From: Candidatus Rariloculaceae bacterium
Lineage (GTDB): Bacteria; Pseudomonadota; Gammaproteobacteria; Steroidobacterales; Rariloculaceae
Assembly (NCBI GenBank): GCA_965237785.1
Contig: OZ250159.1
Span: forward strand, 1,099,656-1,163,655
Direction of reading: 5' to 3'
DNA: 64,000 bases
Part shown: piece by piece, positions 29,291 through 38,500 of the stretch
How positions within the stretch are numbered: the stretch's first letter is position 1
Layout: each line of letters opens with the position of its first letter
Notes under the pieces: model-generated
Told to the model about the DNA's origin: nothing
What the model saw: only the letters and a program-made list of their open reading frames with translations
Database searches by the model: none
Program-made: the position numbers and the translations under genes

Positions 29291-30635
29291 GCATTCAGGC
29301 TTGGCGCAGGTGGCCGAAAAGAGCGTGATTGGAGAGCTTGTGAGGCTGAGGGATCACGTTGTTGACTTAGCGCATTTCGCCGACGAGCGGATGTTCGCGG
29401 AGATGTCCGAGGGCATTCCCCTTATCGTCGAGAGCGCTGAGGAACTGGATGAAGCCGGCCGGCAGTTGTTTGAAGCCGGGGAGTTTCGCGCCAGCACGAT
29501 CATCAAAGGGCTCGCGGAGGAAGAGGCGGCGAAAGTGCTGATACTTCTGGACTCGGTGCGGTGCCCACCGGATCCCAAGTCGAAGAAGAAGTGCTTGAGG
29601 GGTTTCTACCAACACTTGGCGAAGCGCGTCTATTCAGCGGTGAACTCGCTCCCCAACATCTTGTCATTCGGCGAATTGTCCGAATTCGTAGAGTACGAGT
29701 GCGAAACGTTCTATCTGGATGGTCCCCGCGGCGTGGATTGGATTTTCACGAACGCTATCACTACCGAAAGGGAGAACAAGATGTACGTGGACTATGTCCG
29801 CGATATCACTGAGCCGAAAGGCAAGTACAATTGGAGCGTGCCACAGGTTCTCCCGCCGCTTGTCGGAACCTATCAACACCCCCCGGTCGTGCGTCTTGCT
29901 CGTGCCCTTTGTGATGCCGGAGCAAGTTCTGCGCCGGGGCTCGCGTGTATCGCGGGCCTGTGGCGAGGGTTTCGTCCAGAGAGTGGGACGAGTCGTGCAG
30001 ATCTGAGGTGCGTAATTGAACGGACGCTAGAACGCCTTGATAAAGAGCACATCGGTGCGATTAATCAGGTAGCAGCGAGTCTGATTCTCTCAGAATGGTC
30101 GTTCCCGTTGTGGCCGCTCAACTTGGTCAAGAGCAATTCCCGGGGCGGCTCTTTGGAGGAATTGCAGGCAAAGCGAAGGAGCGCCATCGAGCGGATTGAG
30201 AAGATCGAAGCGAGAAGGGAGCCGCGGCCAGCGATAACGCGTGTCAAGGTGGAGGCCATGAGCAACGCGCACGATGCCTGGCGGAAGGAGGTCGCGGAAC
30301 GAACAGCGACCAGAGACTCGAGCGCCGGCGAAAAGCTGAAGCCGAGGTCGTTGGCTGACTTGGCGGCGGAGCGGGACTTGCCCTCCTACATGAGAATGAA
30401 GGAGATGTTCGTGGAGCTGAGCGATCACGAGCGGACGGTGCTGTTGGCCTTAGCGTGGTTCACCCGCGACGCGGTTGCCGATTGGCCAAAGGCATATGCC
30501 AAAGCGACGGCCAGTTACCCCACGCTGGACCAGATGTATCAGCTCGGTCTGGGGCGGAATTGGTTGGCGGGACTAAACCGTTGGGAGGAATCACCATCGA
30601 GGTTCGAACTGGGACGGTGGCATAGTATTATCTGA
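29289..30635 (+). CDS. AbiV-like HEPN-domain protein with long uncharacterised C-terminal half
   Basis: The N-terminal part IVESAEELDEAGRQLFEAGEFRASTIIKGLAEEEAAKVLILLD resembles the AbiV/HEPN_AbiV helix pair. It is followed by an RX4H motif (LRGFYQH; R104, H109 in ORF numbering). The start is uncertain: TTG at 29289, or GTG at 29310 or 29325. Confidence 0.6.
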   Translation: MHSGLAQVAEKSVIGELVRLRDHVVDLAHFADERMFAEMSEGIPLIVESAEELDEAGRQLFEAGEFRASTIIKGLAEEEAAKVLILLDSVRCPPDPKSKKKCLRGFYQHLAKRVYSAVNSLPNILSFGELSEFVEYECETFYLDGPRGVDWIFTNAITTERENKMYVDYVRDITEPKGKYNWSVPQVLPPLVGTYQHPPVVRLARALCDAGASSAPGLACIAGLWRGFRPESGTSRADLRCVIERTLERLDKEHIGAINQVAASLILSEWSFPLWPLNLVKSNSRGGSLEELQAKRRSAIERIEKIEARREPRPAITRVKVEAMSNAHDAWRKEVAERTATRDSSAGEKLKPRSLADLAAERDLPSYMRMKEMFVELSDHERTVLLALAWFTRDAVADWPKAYAKATASYPTLDQMYQLGLGRNWLAGLNRWEESPSRFELGRWHSII

Positions 30636-30671
30636 ATTGGCGAGTGAGACTGTGCTGGGAAGGGGGCAACG

Positions 30672-31268
30672 GTGTCGAATCTCGACAAGCTGAAAAGATC
30701 GGCGCCGATTGCTTCGCAGGACTCGAAGAAATCGGCAAATGGCGGTCGACAGCGGATCGGTCCGGCGGGAACGCGGTTATCAGGCAGCGCGATACGCTCG
30801 GATTCAGCCGATGCTTCCTTTCGCCATCATTGGATCTTGTGGGCAGGGCCAGTTGCGATGCTGCTGGCGGCTTTGCTCCCGTGGCCGTATGGCTACTACA
30901 ACTTCCTCAGGTTTTGCGTCTGTGGGGCGGCGGCTTTTCTGGCGTATCAGCAATGGACTCATGACGATGCCGCAAGCAAGTGGGTCGTCGTGCTCGTCGC
31001 AATCGCGCTCTTGTACAACCCGTTTGTACCCGTTTATCTGACTCGCGAGATCTGGACCGTGCTGAACGTCGGCACGGCGATAGCCCTGGTTGGACACTAC
31101 CGCTCATTGCGGCGACTGCTCCGACAGACCGTCGAGAACTCACCGCAGATCGGGCGCACACTCTCGAGGCGGACGCCGGTCCGGGCAGGGAAGTCGCGCG
31201 CTTTCTCCCTGCTCTCAGCAGTCGGTAGGGGCATCCGCGTGTTCAAACAGCGCGACGGCGGAGGATGA
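30672..31268 (+). CDS. Membrane protein, DUF6804-like core
   Basis: A polar N-terminal ~55 aa is followed by TM helices with YYNFLRFCVCGAAAFLAY...VAIALLYNPFVPVYLTREIWTVLNV, the pattern I associate with DUF6804. GTG start 37 nt after the preceding gene. Confidence 0.5.
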   Translation: MSNLDKLKRSAPIASQDSKKSANGGRQRIGPAGTRLSGSAIRSDSADASFRHHWILWAGPVAMLLAALLPWPYGYYNFLRFCVCGAAAFLAYQQWTHDDAASKWVVVLVAIALLYNPFVPVYLTREIWTVLNVGTAIALVGHYRSLRRLLRQTVENSPQIGRTLSRRTPVRAGKSRAFSLLSAVGRGIRVFKQRDGGG

Positions 31269-32074
31269 GCGGCGCAGACGAAGTCCGTAGGCTGGCGCGT
31301 GAGGAGGCAGAACGTGGCGTTGCCGACGCGCAGGTCGCTCTCGGGGTGATGTACCTCACCGCGCAGGGGGTTGAGCGGGACGCGGAGAAGGCACTCTCTT
31401 GGCTCCTGAAGGCTGCGGATCAGTCCGACACCGATGCACTGTATAACTTGGGCATCGTATTTGACACCGGGTTCTTCGGAATGCGACCGCCAGACGCAAT
31501 TGAGGCGCTGAGTTGGTTCCGCCGGGCTGCGAGCCAAGGACATGATGGAGCCAAATACAACCTCGGTGTTGCCTACGCGGAGGGAAAGGGCGTGACTCCG
31601 GATCGTGCGCGAGCCATCGAGTGGTGGCGGGAGGCTGCGGAAGCGGGCAATGCTCGTGCTCAGTACAACCTCGGTGTGAGCTACAGCAACGGCGAAGGGG
31701 TTGCCCGCGACGACGTGCAAGCCGTGGCGTGGTGGGAGAAGGCCGCGATGCCGCCCAACCCTGCCGCGAAACCTGAAAAAGCATACTACTCGGCGCCTAG
31801 TGGAATAATCGTCAGGAAGGGGCTCGGCGACGCTGGACGGGGGGAGCACGGCTATGCCGATGCCCAGTACCACTTGGCCCGCATGTATGCATTGGGCCAA
31901 GGGGTGGACCGCGACAACGCGCGATCGGCAGAATGGCTGCGGCGCGCGGCTGAACAGGGACATAGTGGTGCACGGCCTGCGCTATCAGGTAGATTCTGGC
32001 GGCGCGCTCTTTTGGCGGGGGGAGTTGTCTTGGTTACCGTGCTAATCCTGACGGTCTTCGTGGCGGCCAATTGA
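31265..32074 (+). CDS. Sel1-repeat (SLR) protein with C-terminal TM anchor
   Basis: About five Sel1 repeats (AQVALGVMY..G.GV.RD...A..W..KAA..G...A.YNLG). The C-terminal helix is ALLAGGVVLVTVLILTVFVAA. Its start overlaps the previous stop (ATGA). Confidence 0.8.
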   Translation: MSGADEVRRLAREEAERGVADAQVALGVMYLTAQGVERDAEKALSWLLKAADQSDTDALYNLGIVFDTGFFGMRPPDAIEALSWFRRAASQGHDGAKYNLGVAYAEGKGVTPDRARAIEWWREAAEAGNARAQYNLGVSYSNGEGVARDDVQAVAWWEKAAMPPNPAAKPEKAYYSAPSGIIVRKGLGDAGRGEHGYADAQYHLARMYALGQGVDRDNARSAEWLRRAAEQGHSGARPALSGRFWRRALLAGGVVLVTVLILTVFVAAN

Positions 32075-32272
32075 GTGTTGTAACCGATCGGATGCATCCT
32101 GTTGTTGGGTTTGGTATGCAAAGCGCCAGGAAGCGCTGGATGACGAAGTACAAGGCCGAGTGCTCAATTGTGCTTACCAGCGCGGTCATTCGCGGGAGAG
32201 TGCGCTGGATGTCGTGGGCGTTGAACTATGTGACAACGCGCTGACGAGATTACAGCGCTTGCATGAATTGCC

Positions 32273-32449
32273 ATGATCGACTGGTTGATTTCTGTTCTCT
32301 CCACCATCTGGGAATGGAGAATGCTGTTGCCGTTTGAGGGCTGGCGCGCTATCTATGGGATGTGGTTCTTTTTGTTGCTCTTGGCTCTTTTCGTCGGTGT
32401 TCCCGTCTGGGCTCTCATCTCGATCAGGCGTTTTTTCAGGTCGCGCTGA
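32273..32449 (+). CDS. Small hydrophobic protein (58 aa)
   Basis: MIDWLISVLSTIWEW...GMWFFLLLLALFVGVPVWALISIRRFF. Its ATG overlaps the stop of an upstream open frame (ATGA). It lies in a lower-GC segment. Not in the ORF track because it is under 60 aa. Confidence 0.3.
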   Translation: MIDWLISVLSTIWEWRMLLPFEGWRAIYGMWFFLLLLALFVGVPVWALISIRRFFRSR

Positions 32450-32492
32450 TCTGCCAACTTAGGTATGTAATCCCAATTTGAAAAGAAATCGG

Positions 32493-33026
32493 ATGAACAA
32501 GCTGCTAATCGGAATTACCACTCTGGCCGCGCCGATCATGGTTGGATGTCAGGATGCGGAGAACTCAGACCATGTTGCGATACTTTTGCGAACTTTCGAC
32601 GCGGTATGTATCAGCACGCGTCTTGACGAAAGTATCTTTCACGCCCAAATGAGCTTGTTCGGCGACACCATGGAGGTGCCAGCGGATGAGCTACGTATGA
32701 TGTCCCCAACCAACATTGCAGGCTATTACTTGACAGACGTTGAAGGGCAGACTTTTGTCGCGGTGATGGGGCTGACACAAGCCGACGACATATCGTCGAG
32801 AAATTGCGGGGTCTTGACACGATCCGTTGGATTCGAGGAAGCAGTAGCGCTGGTTGCAGAAAATTTCCCGGTTGAGAAGTTGGATGAATTTAGCCAAGGA
32901 ATCAGTCGCTATGTGACTTTCCAAGGGTACTTGGCAGGATACCCTGACAACATGGCCATTTCGGTACAGGGCGGCGAGCGAGTCACGGGCGTCTATCTAT
33001 ACGAGTTACCCTCAGCTGGGCGATGA
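32493..33026 (+). CDS. Lipoprotein, unknown function
   Basis: Signal peptide with lipobox MNKLLIGITTLAAPIMVG/C. Lower GC than the surroundings. Confidence 0.55.
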   Translation: MNKLLIGITTLAAPIMVGCQDAENSDHVAILLRTFDAVCISTRLDESIFHAQMSLFGDTMEVPADELRMMSPTNIAGYYLTDVEGQTFVAVMGLTQADDISSRNCGVLTRSVGFEEAVALVAENFPVEKLDEFSQGISRYVTFQGYLAGYPDNMAISVQGGERVTGVYLYELPSAGR

Positions 33027-33380
33027 CGCATTGGACTCAATTTGAATTGCTTTGTTGATAACGCTGGCTGCAGTCTTCGCTATTGCGAAAAGATGCGCGC
33101 CGGCGAGGCGGGGAACCGGGCGTGCTCCAATACCGTCGATGCTCAAACAAGTTGCCGGCCAGAGGCAGCTATTTTCCGCCCTGATCGGCTGGCTGGCAGG
33201 GGTTTCGCAAAGATTGTTTGGCCGTAGGCTTCCGAGTTTCGGTTTTGTGTAGATTTGCGTTGGTTGACGCTCACCTACCGTGGTACGCAGTGAATCTCGC
33301 ACGACTTGCGCCCTTCCGCGGAACCATGCGCGGCAATGACGGTACCGGCGTCGCCCTGAAGCGCTTGAAGGGAAATTGGC

Positions 33381-33908
33381 GTGGCAGTGCTCATCGAAGG
33401 GCTTTCTGTGGTGATTCGCATCGATGCGATAAAGGCCAGGTATCCCGGTGGGTGGGAGGCGTTTGCCGCGAACGCGCCCAAGGCCAATTGTTGCTGGAAC
33501 GGGGAACTCGCCCGCGTGGGCTTCATGGCGCCATGGGACACGAAGGCTTTTGTCCAGTCCCTCGAGAGCCTTGGATTGATCCACCTGGTCGACGGGATGG
33601 CGCGCGACATGGTGGTGGTGGATCAGTTTTAGGGTCCGGCGACGCCGTGCGACTGGGTTGAAGGCGGGCACGTGGACCTGGAAGACGACCCAGAGCGCCG
33701 GGTGCTGGCTGTCCGTCTCAAGGGCAGCAGGCAGCAACTGGTGTACACGCCCGATGAGTGGACGTTCGAAAGGTCCCTGTCGCGCTCGTTCGGCTTCGCG
33801 CCCGAGGAACACGTGGACAGGAGCCTGACGTTCGTGCGTCACGAGAACGGTCTGGACGTCTACCTGAACGCGGTCACGAGCACCGAGGTCTGCGTTGGGG
33901 GCTTATAG
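33381..33908 (+). pseudogene. Conserved hypothetical gene interrupted by an in-frame TAG
   Basis: ORFs 33381..33632 and 33672..33908 are in the same frame and are separated only by the TAG at 33630-33632 (...MVVVDQF*GPATPCDWVEGGHVDLEDDP...). The sequence reads as one continuous protein. Confidence 0.5.
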
Positions 33909-33925
33909 CGGATAATGACCAAACA

Positions 33926-34278
33926 TCAGTCCGAATCGTCCGCCGACGCCTTTATCAACGGCGCGGGGTCGTAATGTTCCGCCAGCTTGCGGGCTAGCGC
34001 AACGATCAGAGCCCTTGCCGCGTCGTCGTCTCGAATCACGGAGAACACCGCCCAATTCAGGATGAGTATCCAGCCCGTCTCACGACTGGTGGCGATCAGT
34101 CGGTTGAGATCGTCCTCGTCGAGCCTTTCATCAGCTCTTTCTTCTTCAGGTTTTTCCACTGTTTGCGTTTTTTGGGGGTGTGCCAAGGACGGCACGCGCG
34201 ATGTTCTCCGGTGTGTCTGGGATGGGTTCCGCCATCCGTTTCTCGATGGGGGCCGCCTCTGTGTTTCGGCTGACTCAT
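33926..34278 (-). pseudogene. Frameshifted small gene(s) of unknown function
   Basis: ATG at 34278 (MSQPKHRGG). The protein-like continuations IEKRMAEPIPDTPENIARAVLGTPPK and ...LDEDDLNRLIATSRETGWILILNWAVF... lie in the two other frames. The frame changes coincide with homopolymer runs. Confidence 0.3.
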
Positions 34279-34327
34279 GCCCGTACTCTACCCATGTCGA
34301 GTGAATCAGTCTGACTCGATTCTATGA

Positions 34328-34352
34328 CCCGCCGCTGCTACGGCGGGTTTTT
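34328..34352 (+). terminator. Rho-independent terminator-like hairpin
   Basis: cccgccg-ctgcta-cggcggg followed by ttttt on the + strand. It sits between two minus-strand genes, so which transcript it ends is unclear. Confidence 0.45.
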
Positions 34353-34579
34353 CATTTCAAATTACGATAAGTCGGGCTTGGGATCACCCCATCGTCAACG
34401 GCGGTCTGGCGGTCAACCTGCCTGTCCTCTTCCTGAGTCTCCAGCACGTCGGCAATCCGCTTCAGGCTGATGGCGATGGAAGCCAGGCATTCGTCACGGG
34501 ATGGAAAACGGTTGTTCCGACGGCGAAATTCCTCTCCCGCCGCATCAATGTCTTCAAACAGCTTCGCGTTTCGTGCCAT
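34352..34579 (-). CDS. Small hypothetical protein (75 aa)
   Basis: ATG with an AGGGA ribosome-binding site ~9 nt upstream. Acidic, helical-looking sequence. No family recognised. Confidence 0.35.
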   Translation of the reverse strand: MARNAKLFEDIDAAGEEFRRRNNRFPSRDECLASIAISLKRIADVLETQEEDRQVDRQTAVDDGVIPSPTYRNLK

Positions 34580-34620
34580 AGGTCGGTCCCTGTCAAATCC
34601 TCATACTTCAATCGCTTGTG

Positions 34621-34850
34621 TTACATCCTCGGCACCATGTCGCCCATCTGTTCGATGGTATCCAGATCGCGGGCGTTGTGACCGCCCGCGAACTCGCGCA
34701 CATACCGATGGAGGTGTTTCTCGCTCATCGTGTGGTACGTACCCTTGTGACCCCGCTTCAGGAGTTACCAGAACGATTCTATCCCATTCGTGTGAGCCAT
34801 CCCAATGACGTACTCGCAGGCTGAGCGTGCTAGCGCTATCTGATGGCGCG
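34621..34850 (-). mobile_element. IS1595-family (ISXO2-like) transposase C-terminal remnant with internal stop
   Basis: Translation ...SACEYVIGMAHTNGIESFW*LLKRGHKGTYHTMSEKHLHRYVREFAGGHNARDLDTIEQM. HTNGIESFW..LKRG..G.YH..S.KHL.RY..EF is the DDE_Tnp_IS1595 C-terminal signature. The N-terminal two thirds are absent. Confidence 0.6.
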
Positions 34851-34928
34851 ATGCTCACGTTGTTTGATGGATTTTGGGTGGCGTCCTTGGCGACGGGCGG
34901 CGAAATGTCGGATGAACGTCGCCGTAAC

Positions 34929-35508
34929 TCATCTGATAATGCGTGGATTGACGTTCAGCCGTTCCAAGTACTCGTCGAACTCAGACCGATCTCGAGCCTC
35001 CAAGCACCGTTCCAGCATCGGCGCGTCGTCAGGACCCACCTCAAAGCCGACGCCCTCAAGCGGCTCTCCGAACACCTCCAGCCATCGTTCTTGAATGGGC
35101 CGCAAGGCGGAAAAATCGGTAATTGAATCGTCTCCAGCAGGTCCATGACTTCGCGATACAAGTCGGGAAAAAGCCGCTCGACCATTTGGGCGGCGATCTC
35201 GCTCTCGCCCGATATGCCGACCACATTAGCAAACATTCCGTCTCTCGGCTGCCCGGAGTCTTGTAGTACGCCTTGGAGTGTCCAACCGAACCATGGGTGC
35301 GGCTCATGGTGGCGCCATCGGCCAGATCGGACAGCAGGAACCCGTATTGGCTCCGGGCGCGGGGCGGGGGCGCGGACAGTGCCGTCGACGGGGAGTTGCC
35401 CTGACGAACGATGCTCAAGGCCGCTGTAGGGCGATATTGCGAGACCGCAAGGCTGCGATAGGAGTCATTTTCAGCCGATTTCGGCGATTTAGGGGAATGG
35501 CGGGGCAT
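34929..35508 (-). pseudogene. Frameshifted gene of unknown function downstream of the relaxase
   Basis: Three successive protein-like segments lie in three different frames: ...YGFLLSDLADGATMSRTHGSVGHSKAYY..., then MFANVVGISGESEIAAQMVERLFPDLYREVMDLLE, then ITDFSALRPIQERWLEVFGEPLEGVGFEVGPDDAPMLERCLEARDRSEFDEYLERLNVNPRIIR*. Confidence 0.3.
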
Positions 35509-35550
35509 CCCGGCGTCGACCTTCGGATTCCCTTGTCCGGCCCCGGATCC

Positions 35551-38500
35551 TCACATTTCCATGTCGAGATCCATGTCCATCTCGACCGGCTCGTTGGCCC
35601 GGTCGTTCTCGGCAACGGGCGCGGGCGACTTCGGGGCGGGGTCCGGGCTGGCCTTGCCCGCACTGGCCTCGCGTACCGTCCCGGGCTCGGCCTGTTTGAC
35701 AGTTTCAAGCTCCGCGCCCCACTCGGCGACTTGGCGGTCCGGCTTGCGCTCAAGCTGCGCGCCGCGGCCCGGCGAGGGTTCGATCTCCTCCCGGGCGTAG
35801 CGCCCGGCGGCCTGCGCCACCTTCGCCGGGTCCTTGGCGTCCCCCGCGTCCCTGAAAATGGCCTTCACCGCGGCGGTGTCCGCCGCCGCGTCCAGCGCCG
35901 ATATTCTCTCGCCGCTGGCGCGCTCAAGGTGATCGGAGAGCTTTCGCCCGTCGTCGGTGATCAGCTCCGCCCGGAATCGCGCCCGGCTGATGGCCACATA
36001 AAGGGCCTTCTGGTTGACCAGCGCCCGGTTCCCCGACTCCATCGCCGCGATGATCGTGTCCACGGTGCGGCCCTGGAAGGAATGGATCGTGGTGGCCCAG
36101 GCATGGTCAAGGAACCGCAAGCTCGGGTGTCCTTCCCCCAGCGTGATGGTTGGCCCGTCCTCGAGTTCGAATCGCACCTCGTCTTCCTCGATCCCCGCGA
36201 CGCGGGCCATCTGACCGTTGACCAGTCCCGCGTCCCGGTCGTTCCGGGTGAACCGCACCCGGTCGCCGGCACGCAGGTCCAGGCGGCCTGAGCGGTACGA
36301 GTCCACGCCGCCCTTCTTGCCCGCGATCTCCCAGGGCCGCCACCGCACCTTGGCGCCTTTCGAACCCTCAAGAATCACTGCGTGACGGTCCCGGTCGATT
36401 CCAGCGACGGTTCTCTCGTCGCCTTTCTCGACCCCCAGCCGCTTGTACTTGCGGTTGAAGATCACCGTGTCGCCTTCCGCGTAGCTCGAATGCAGCCCAG
36501 CCTCCGCGCAAGTGAGGCCGCGGGAAAGGAGTTTCGTACCCGTGCGCGCCGGGCCGTGGATTTCGCCTTCGGCGGCAAGTTCGTTTCGGATGATACGATT
36601 GATCGAGTCGCGCAGCGCCCGGGTGGGCGCGATGACACCGGTATTGTCCCTATCTGAGTGAGACAGCGCCAGCCACCGCTGCGCGGCTTCGTCCGCGAGT
36701 TTTTCAGACGCGATTTCCGTGACGTTGTCCCCGAGCTTCTTGAACGCCGCCTTGATTTCCCCCTCAAGCGTGGACTTCACCGCGGACTTCAGTCTTGAAT
36801 CTTTCTGCCTGAGTATTTCGTCCAGCACGGCGGTCTGCATCCCCGCCTTCATCAACTGCCCGAAGGGCCTGCCGGCATCCACCCCGTCAAGCTGCTTCTC
36901 GTCCCCGACCAGCACCACCCTTGGCAACCGCATGGCCGTGGCGGCCTTGAGCAGGCCCCTCATTTGTTCGGTTGAGGCCAGCGACGCCTCGTCCACCACC
37001 ACCACGGTCTTACTCACCTTGCGCCGCAGCCCCTTCAGTCCCTTTGCGGAAACTCGCCCCTCGATCAGTCCGGTGTTTCGGGCTAGGAAGCGCTGCAGGG
37101 TTTCGGTCGGGATACCGGCTTCCTCCCGCAGCGTTTTGGCAGCAGATGCAGACGGGGCCAGCCCCTTCAGCCTGTAACCCTTGCGTTGGGAGAGATCCCG
37201 GAAGCGTTTCAGCATCGTGGTCTTTCCGGTGCCGGCGTAACCTTGGATGCCGATCACCCGATCCCTGCCGGAAAGCACCGACTTGACCGCCTCCTTCTGG
37301 CCGCGGTTCAATCGCCCCTTGCGAAGGCTGCTCTCGGCGACCCAGTTCCTCATCATCCTCGGACCCTTGCCCCGGCCCGCGCGCATCAGGGATATTGTCT
37401 CCGATTCCCTGGCAAGTGCTCTATCGGTCGTCCAGCCGCTGGCGCGGTGCATACCGTTGGCACGGTGCAAACCGCCCTTCCGTTCAAGGTCCAGAATGGC
37501 TTTCTCGGCCGATTCCACCGTGACGGCGCCGGGCTCTTTCCCCAGCACCGCCGTCAGCAGCGCCGCATGAGTGAACACCGACTGGCGCTCGCTCAGGTGC
37601 TTCACGGCCCATTGGGCGGCCTGTGTGGCCGAGTAGTCCGGATTGGCGAAGAGATCCTGCTGAGAGAGGGCGTCGCCTGTCTTCGCCACTGATCGGCGGG
37701 TCCGGGAAACCACCGCCTTGGCCGAAAAATCCAGTTCGCTCGCCTGCCGCGACCACTGCCGGCGCAGGGCGGACTTGTCCACGTCACGTTTGTGCGCGCG
37801 CGTCACCAGCGCGGCGCGGTCGGCCAGTCGGGCGTTGTCTCCGGGAGCACCCATGCCGCGCGCCTTCATCGCCGCCTCGATCTCGGCCCGTCTCGTGGAG
37901 AACGCCTTGATGACCTCGCGCGAGACCCCCTCGATCTCGAACCGCCCGTCCGCGTGGGTTTTCTCGATCCCGTACCCGAGCCCTTCAAGCCCCCGCGCCA
38001 GTTCCGAGCGGTAGATCGCCCCGATGGCGATCACGCCCCGGTACACCCGGTCGTTGATCATCGTTCTCCACTTGGAATCGTTTCCCTGAACCATGTTGAC
38101 GATCACCGCATGGGTGTGAAGCTGCGGGTCCAGATTCCGGGACGTGTCATGCCTAAAGGTGGCCGCCACCATCTTCTGGTTGCCCTTGCGCACCATCGTC
38201 CGGGTGACGGGATCCATGACGCGGGTCTCGACGGCGCGGTGCTCGATCCAGTCGAGCGTGCGCTTCACGGCGCGCGCGTGGGCCTTGACGATCCGGCGGT
38301 CCCCGCCCACCAGCGCGGCCAGAGAAACCGACTTCGGCGCGGACAGCGTGACGTCGATGCCCGGGCGGTGACGGATCGTGCCGTCGCGCTCCCGTTTCCC
38401 CAGCCTTCGCCCGTCCGGAACATGGCCTTCCAGCACCATCTGAAACGCTTCTGGCTCCACCGGTCCGGAGAGACCCATCGCTTCGGCGCCCTTGCCGCGC

